A stretch of 64,000 bases of DNA from Acidimicrobiia bacterium (GTDB taxonomy: Bacteria; Actinomycetota; Acidimicrobiia; Spongiisociales; ZC4RG35), in assembly GCA_036375695.1 (NCBI GenBank), contig DASVBU010000021.1:27329-91328 (forward strand), given 5' to 3'. Positions 61,501 through 64,000 of the stretch are shown piece by piece. The translations under genes were made by a program, and so were the position numbers. The notes under the pieces were generated by a model. It was given only the letters and a program-made list of their open reading frames with translations, was not told the DNA's origin and did no database searches. Position 1 is the stretch's first letter. Each line of letters starts with the position of its first letter.

Positions 61501-62295
61501 TCAGCCGGCGCCAAGCGGCCGACGGGATCCACCGAGGAGTCGCCCCGTCCAGGAGCGACTCTTCCTGAAGTACGTCTCGATCAGGTTCCGGTCGGCGAGG
61601 ACACCTCTCGCCAGCACCCGCTCCGGCTGGGTGGCGACCCGGATGGTCAGTCCCAGCAGTCCGGCGAGCGTCTGCGCGTCCTCGGCGGCGAGCCCCATGG
61701 CATGCGCCCCACCATTTCGCGCCTCGTACTCGAGGTCGGGATCCAGCTCCCCGAAGAGCTGGAGGGCGGCCTCGGCGAGCGCCTCCGGGCTCGGGCCGGC
61801 CGCCTCCTGCGCCCCGACGACCCGGCTCTCGCAGACCACCGACACCTCGGCCCCGTCGGCGCGAACATCGAGGAGGAAGTGCGGGGACGAGGCGTCGACG
61901 TCGAGACCGAGACCCATGGCCATCGTCACGGGGCGCAGGAGCACGGCCGTTTCCCCCGGCAGGCGGTCACCCACCCGACGCCAGAGGAACTGGGCGCCGG
62001 TCGGGACCAGGAGGACCGTGGCCTTCCGACGCGCCGCGTGCGGCGCCTCGGTCACCAGCCACGACATGTAGGCCAGCGTCAGTTCCATCGACGACGACTC
62101 GACGGAGCTGAACGGGCTGACCAGCTCGTAATCGCCCCATTGTCCGGCAACCGAGGACAGGACCTCCTCGCCGAAGAACCGAGGACGACCGGCACGGTCG
62201 ACCGCGACGAGCGCGGGATGGATCGACAGGTCGCGACCGACCCATCGGAACGTGTCCGGTCCGGGGGCGACCACCACGAGCCGTTCCCGGACCAT
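61501..62295 (-). CDS. hypothetical protein, possibly degenerate ASKHA/actin-like fold (weak CoaX/Baf-like resemblance)
   Basis: 264 aa; N-terminal LVVVAPGPDTFRWV, middle GLGLDVDASSPHFLLDV and C-terminal GGAHAMG loosely echo the phosphate-1/phosphate-2/adenosine motifs but lack the conserved D/G/T residues. Confidence 0.3.
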   Translation of the reverse strand: MVRERLVVVAPGPDTFRWVGRDLSIHPALVAVDRAGRPRFFGEEVLSSVAGQWGDYELVSPFSSVESSSMELTLAYMSWLVTEAPHAARRKATVLLVPTGAQFLWRRVGDRLPGETAVLLRPVTMAMGLGLDVDASSPHFLLDVRADGAEVSVVCESRVVGAQEAAGPSPEALAEAALQLFGELDPDLEYEARNGGAHAMGLAAEDAQTLAGLLGLTIRVATQPERVLARGVLADRNLIETYFRKSRSWTGRLLGGSRRPLGAG

Positions 62296-62336
62296 CTCAC
62301 GATCCCCGCTTCACATCATGAGCCGGTCTGCCGTGG

Positions 62337-62642
62337 TCACTTCGATGCGCAGGCCACGCAGAAACGTGTCTGGGGGACGGCCTCGAGCCGGGCCGTGGAG
62401 ATGACGGACCGGCACCGTTCGCAGATCCCATACACCCCGGCGTCCATCCGCTCCAATGCGGCGGTGATCTCTTCCAGAGCCTTCTCGTTGATCTCCCGGA
62501 AGGCGAGTGCGATGTCGTCGTTCTCCGGCGCATCCTCGAGTTGGGCCAGGCGCGAGTCGCGAGCCGTCTCCAACTCCTCGCGGAGACGCTCGAGGAGATC
62601 GTCGGGGATGATCTCGCCAAATGCGTGCTGGGGTGCGGTCAT
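62337..62642 (-). CDS. DksA/TraR-family C4-type zinc-finger protein
   Basis: 101 aa from ATG at 62640-62642 with GGAGG SD; CERCRSVI...RFCVAC C4 finger after a coiled-coil region. Confidence 0.75.
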   Translation of the reverse strand: MTAPQHAFGEIIPDDLLERLREELETARDSRLAQLEDAPENDDIALAFREINEKALEEITAALERMDAGVYGICERCRSVISTARLEAVPQTRFCVACASK

Positions 62643-62727
62643 GTGGAAACCTCCATGAGCGAGTGCTCGGGACCATCTAACCGTTTGCTGCAAGGCAACT
62701 GGTTGGTGTATTAGCATCGCTAACAGA

Positions 62728-63834
62728 GTGACCCACCAGGCGGGCGATCTTCTCAGCACGGGTGACCCCGGTCTCGACCGTTTGCTCGGAGGTCTCCTCC
62801 CCGGTGACAACGTGGTCTGGATCGGCGATCGACCCGAGGTCCACGAGTCGATCGAGGCCGCCCTCGTCGCCACCGGGCCCACGACCCTGGTCCAGCTCGC
62901 CGACCACATGAGCATCCCTGCCGGTGTCGATCTGGTCGACGCCCGGGCCGGTCGGCCCCACGCCGACCTCAAGCTCACGGAACGCGAGATCGTGCAGCGC
63001 GGGCGGGAACGCGGGGCGAGGATCGTCGTCAGGGATCTCGACACCCTGGTGCGGCGTCTCGGCCCGGAGGGGGCACTGGCCTTCTTCACCCGCACCTGCC
63101 CGCGACTGTTCGACCTCGGCGCCATCGCCTACTGGCGGGCGACCCGGAGCGGAAGCGGCGCCATCCTCGAGGGCGTCCAACGGGTGACGCAGTGCGTCAT
63201 CGACCACACGGGAGGGCGTCTCCGGGTGCTCAAGGCAGAGAGCAGACCCGCCGCGGTGGGGCGGATCTTCGACGTCGCCGTGACCGCCGATGGTCTCGAC
63301 CTCGAGGAGGTGAGGGCCGCCAACCGTCTCGCCGAGGGTCTGCGCAGACTGAGGATGGCCCGCGGCCTGACCCAGACCGAGCTGGGCAGGCTCGCCGGTG
63401 TGTCACCCAGTGCGATCTCCCAGGCCGAGGCAGGCAAACGGGGACTGAGCCTGGACACGCTCCTCACGCTGGCCCAGGCCATGAACGTGTCCATCGACGA
63501 TCTGCTCAGCTACCACCCCGAGCCCGGCTACATCCTGGCCCGCCGCGACCGGATCCCGGCACGGCGCGGGGTGGTGCCATTGCTCGACGACCCGGGTGCC
63601 GGGCTCCGCGCCTATCTGGTGGTGCTCGGGCCGGGTGAGAGTGGCGAGCCGGGAGCGATCCACAAGGGAGCCGAGCTGGTGCTGGTGGGCAACGGTGTCG
63701 TCCAGATCATGCTCAACGAGGAGACACCCGTCCTGAGAGGGGGCGACGCCGTCCTGGTCACCCAGGACGCCATCCGCGGCTGGCACAACCTGCTTCCCGA
63801 GACGGCCCGCCTCTTCTGGATCGTCCGGGACTAG
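62728..63834 (+). CDS. three-domain regulator: degenerate RecA/KaiC-like N-terminal domain + XRE-family HTH + C-terminal cupin
   Basis: N-terminus GDPGLDRLLGGLLPGDNVVWIGDRPE resembles the KaiC/RadA fold but has no Walker A GKT/S; central LTQTELGRLAGVSPSAISQAEAGKRGLSLDTLLTLAQAM is a Cro/C1-type HTH; C-terminal about 100 aa cupin. Confidence 0.6.
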   Translation: MTHQAGDLLSTGDPGLDRLLGGLLPGDNVVWIGDRPEVHESIEAALVATGPTTLVQLADHMSIPAGVDLVDARAGRPHADLKLTEREIVQRGRERGARIVVRDLDTLVRRLGPEGALAFFTRTCPRLFDLGAIAYWRATRSGSGAILEGVQRVTQCVIDHTGGRLRVLKAESRPAAVGRIFDVAVTADGLDLEEVRAANRLAEGLRRLRMARGLTQTELGRLAGVSPSAISQAEAGKRGLSLDTLLTLAQAMNVSIDDLLSYHPEPGYILARRDRIPARRGVVPLLDDPGAGLRAYLVVLGPGESGEPGAIHKGAELVLVGNGVVQIMLNEETPVLRGGDAVLVTQDAIRGWHNLLPETARLFWIVRD

Positions 63835-63887
63835 CGACTCCGTCCCCCGAAACGGAAGCGAAGGAGGCAGGAGCCAGGACCAGTCCC

Positions 63888-64000
63888 CAACGACCGCAGG
63901 GAGTGGGGGAAGGTACCGCCGCCGAAGGCGGGGGTAGGGGCCAGGATCAGTCCCCCACGACCGCAGGGAGTGGGGGAAGGTACCGCCGCCGAAGGCGGGG
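63888..64000. repeat. GC-rich hairpin repeat element, copies 6 and 7 in direct tandem (about 66-bp period), second truncated by window end
   Basis: GGA(C/T)CAGTCCCC(A/C)ACGACCGCAGGGAGTGGGGGAAGGTACCGCCGCCGAAGGCGGGGGTAGGGG repeated twice; inverted orientation relative to copies 1-3. Confidence 0.7.

Noticed and set aside
59683-62658. 991-aa + strand ORF
   Set aside because: Antisense to copB, the ASKHA-like gene and the DksA/TraR gene; Arg/Gly/Asp/His-rich artefact with no domain signatures.
63888-64000. Possible CRISPR array at the window end
   Set aside because: The two about 63-bp units are directly adjacent with no spacers and belong to the dispersed hairpin-repeat family, which is not CRISPR-like.

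Overview
This is a high-GC (~70%) chromosomal segment that looks actinobacterial, densely packed with genes on both strands. I found no rRNA, tRNA, CRISPR array, or transposase or integrase gene. From start to end the window contains:

- **Peptide/nickel ABC uptake (5' end):** a 5'-truncated family-5 substrate-binding protein gene, DppB/DppC-like permeases, and a convergent MalY/PatB C-S lyase.
- **Metal homeostasis block:** znuB, znuA, zur (divergent) and znuC, then an ECF-type nikMN(fused)-Q-O / cbiMNQO operon divergent from a second Fur paralog (Nur-like).
- **Acyl-CoA metabolism:** three acyl-CoA dehydrogenases, two of them an overlapping pair, and a PaaI thioesterase.
- **Small regulators and efflux:** VOC, MarR-GNAT, a TetR-controlled ABC-2 exporter, a truncated haemoglobin and CorC/CNNM.
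- **Iron(III) ABC uptake:** fbpC, fbpB and fbpA.
- **Aromatic amino-acid biosynthesis:** a fused chorismate mutase / prephenate dehydratase / DAHP synthase gene preceded by a Tyr/Phe-rich leader peptide, divergent from tyrA.
- **Two mirror-image Liv-like (HAAT) ABC uptake systems:** the second carries an embedded long-chain acyl-CoA ligase.
- **Miscellaneous genes:** AlkZ/YcaQ-like winged-helix protein, toroid-repeat protein, CBS, zf-UBP, alpha/beta hydrolase, pncB/pncA, a YpfJ metallopeptidase, pfkA, a P2-type ATPase, an MFS transporter, an M50 protease and TerC.
- **Copper module:** a CopD-like membrane protein, a cupin and a CopB-type CPH ATPase.
- **3' end:** an ASKHA-like hypothetical, DksA/TraR, and a three-domain XRE regulator.

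The most notable points are the candidate aromatic-amino-acid attenuator, a family of at least 7 GC-rich hairpin repeats placed only at gene 3' ends, Nur and Zur operator candidates, and a re-annotated TTG start giving the nickel/cobalt transporter the conserved Met-His-Ala-Pro-Asp-Gly N-terminus. The very long antisense ORFs in the six-frame track are high-GC artefacts.
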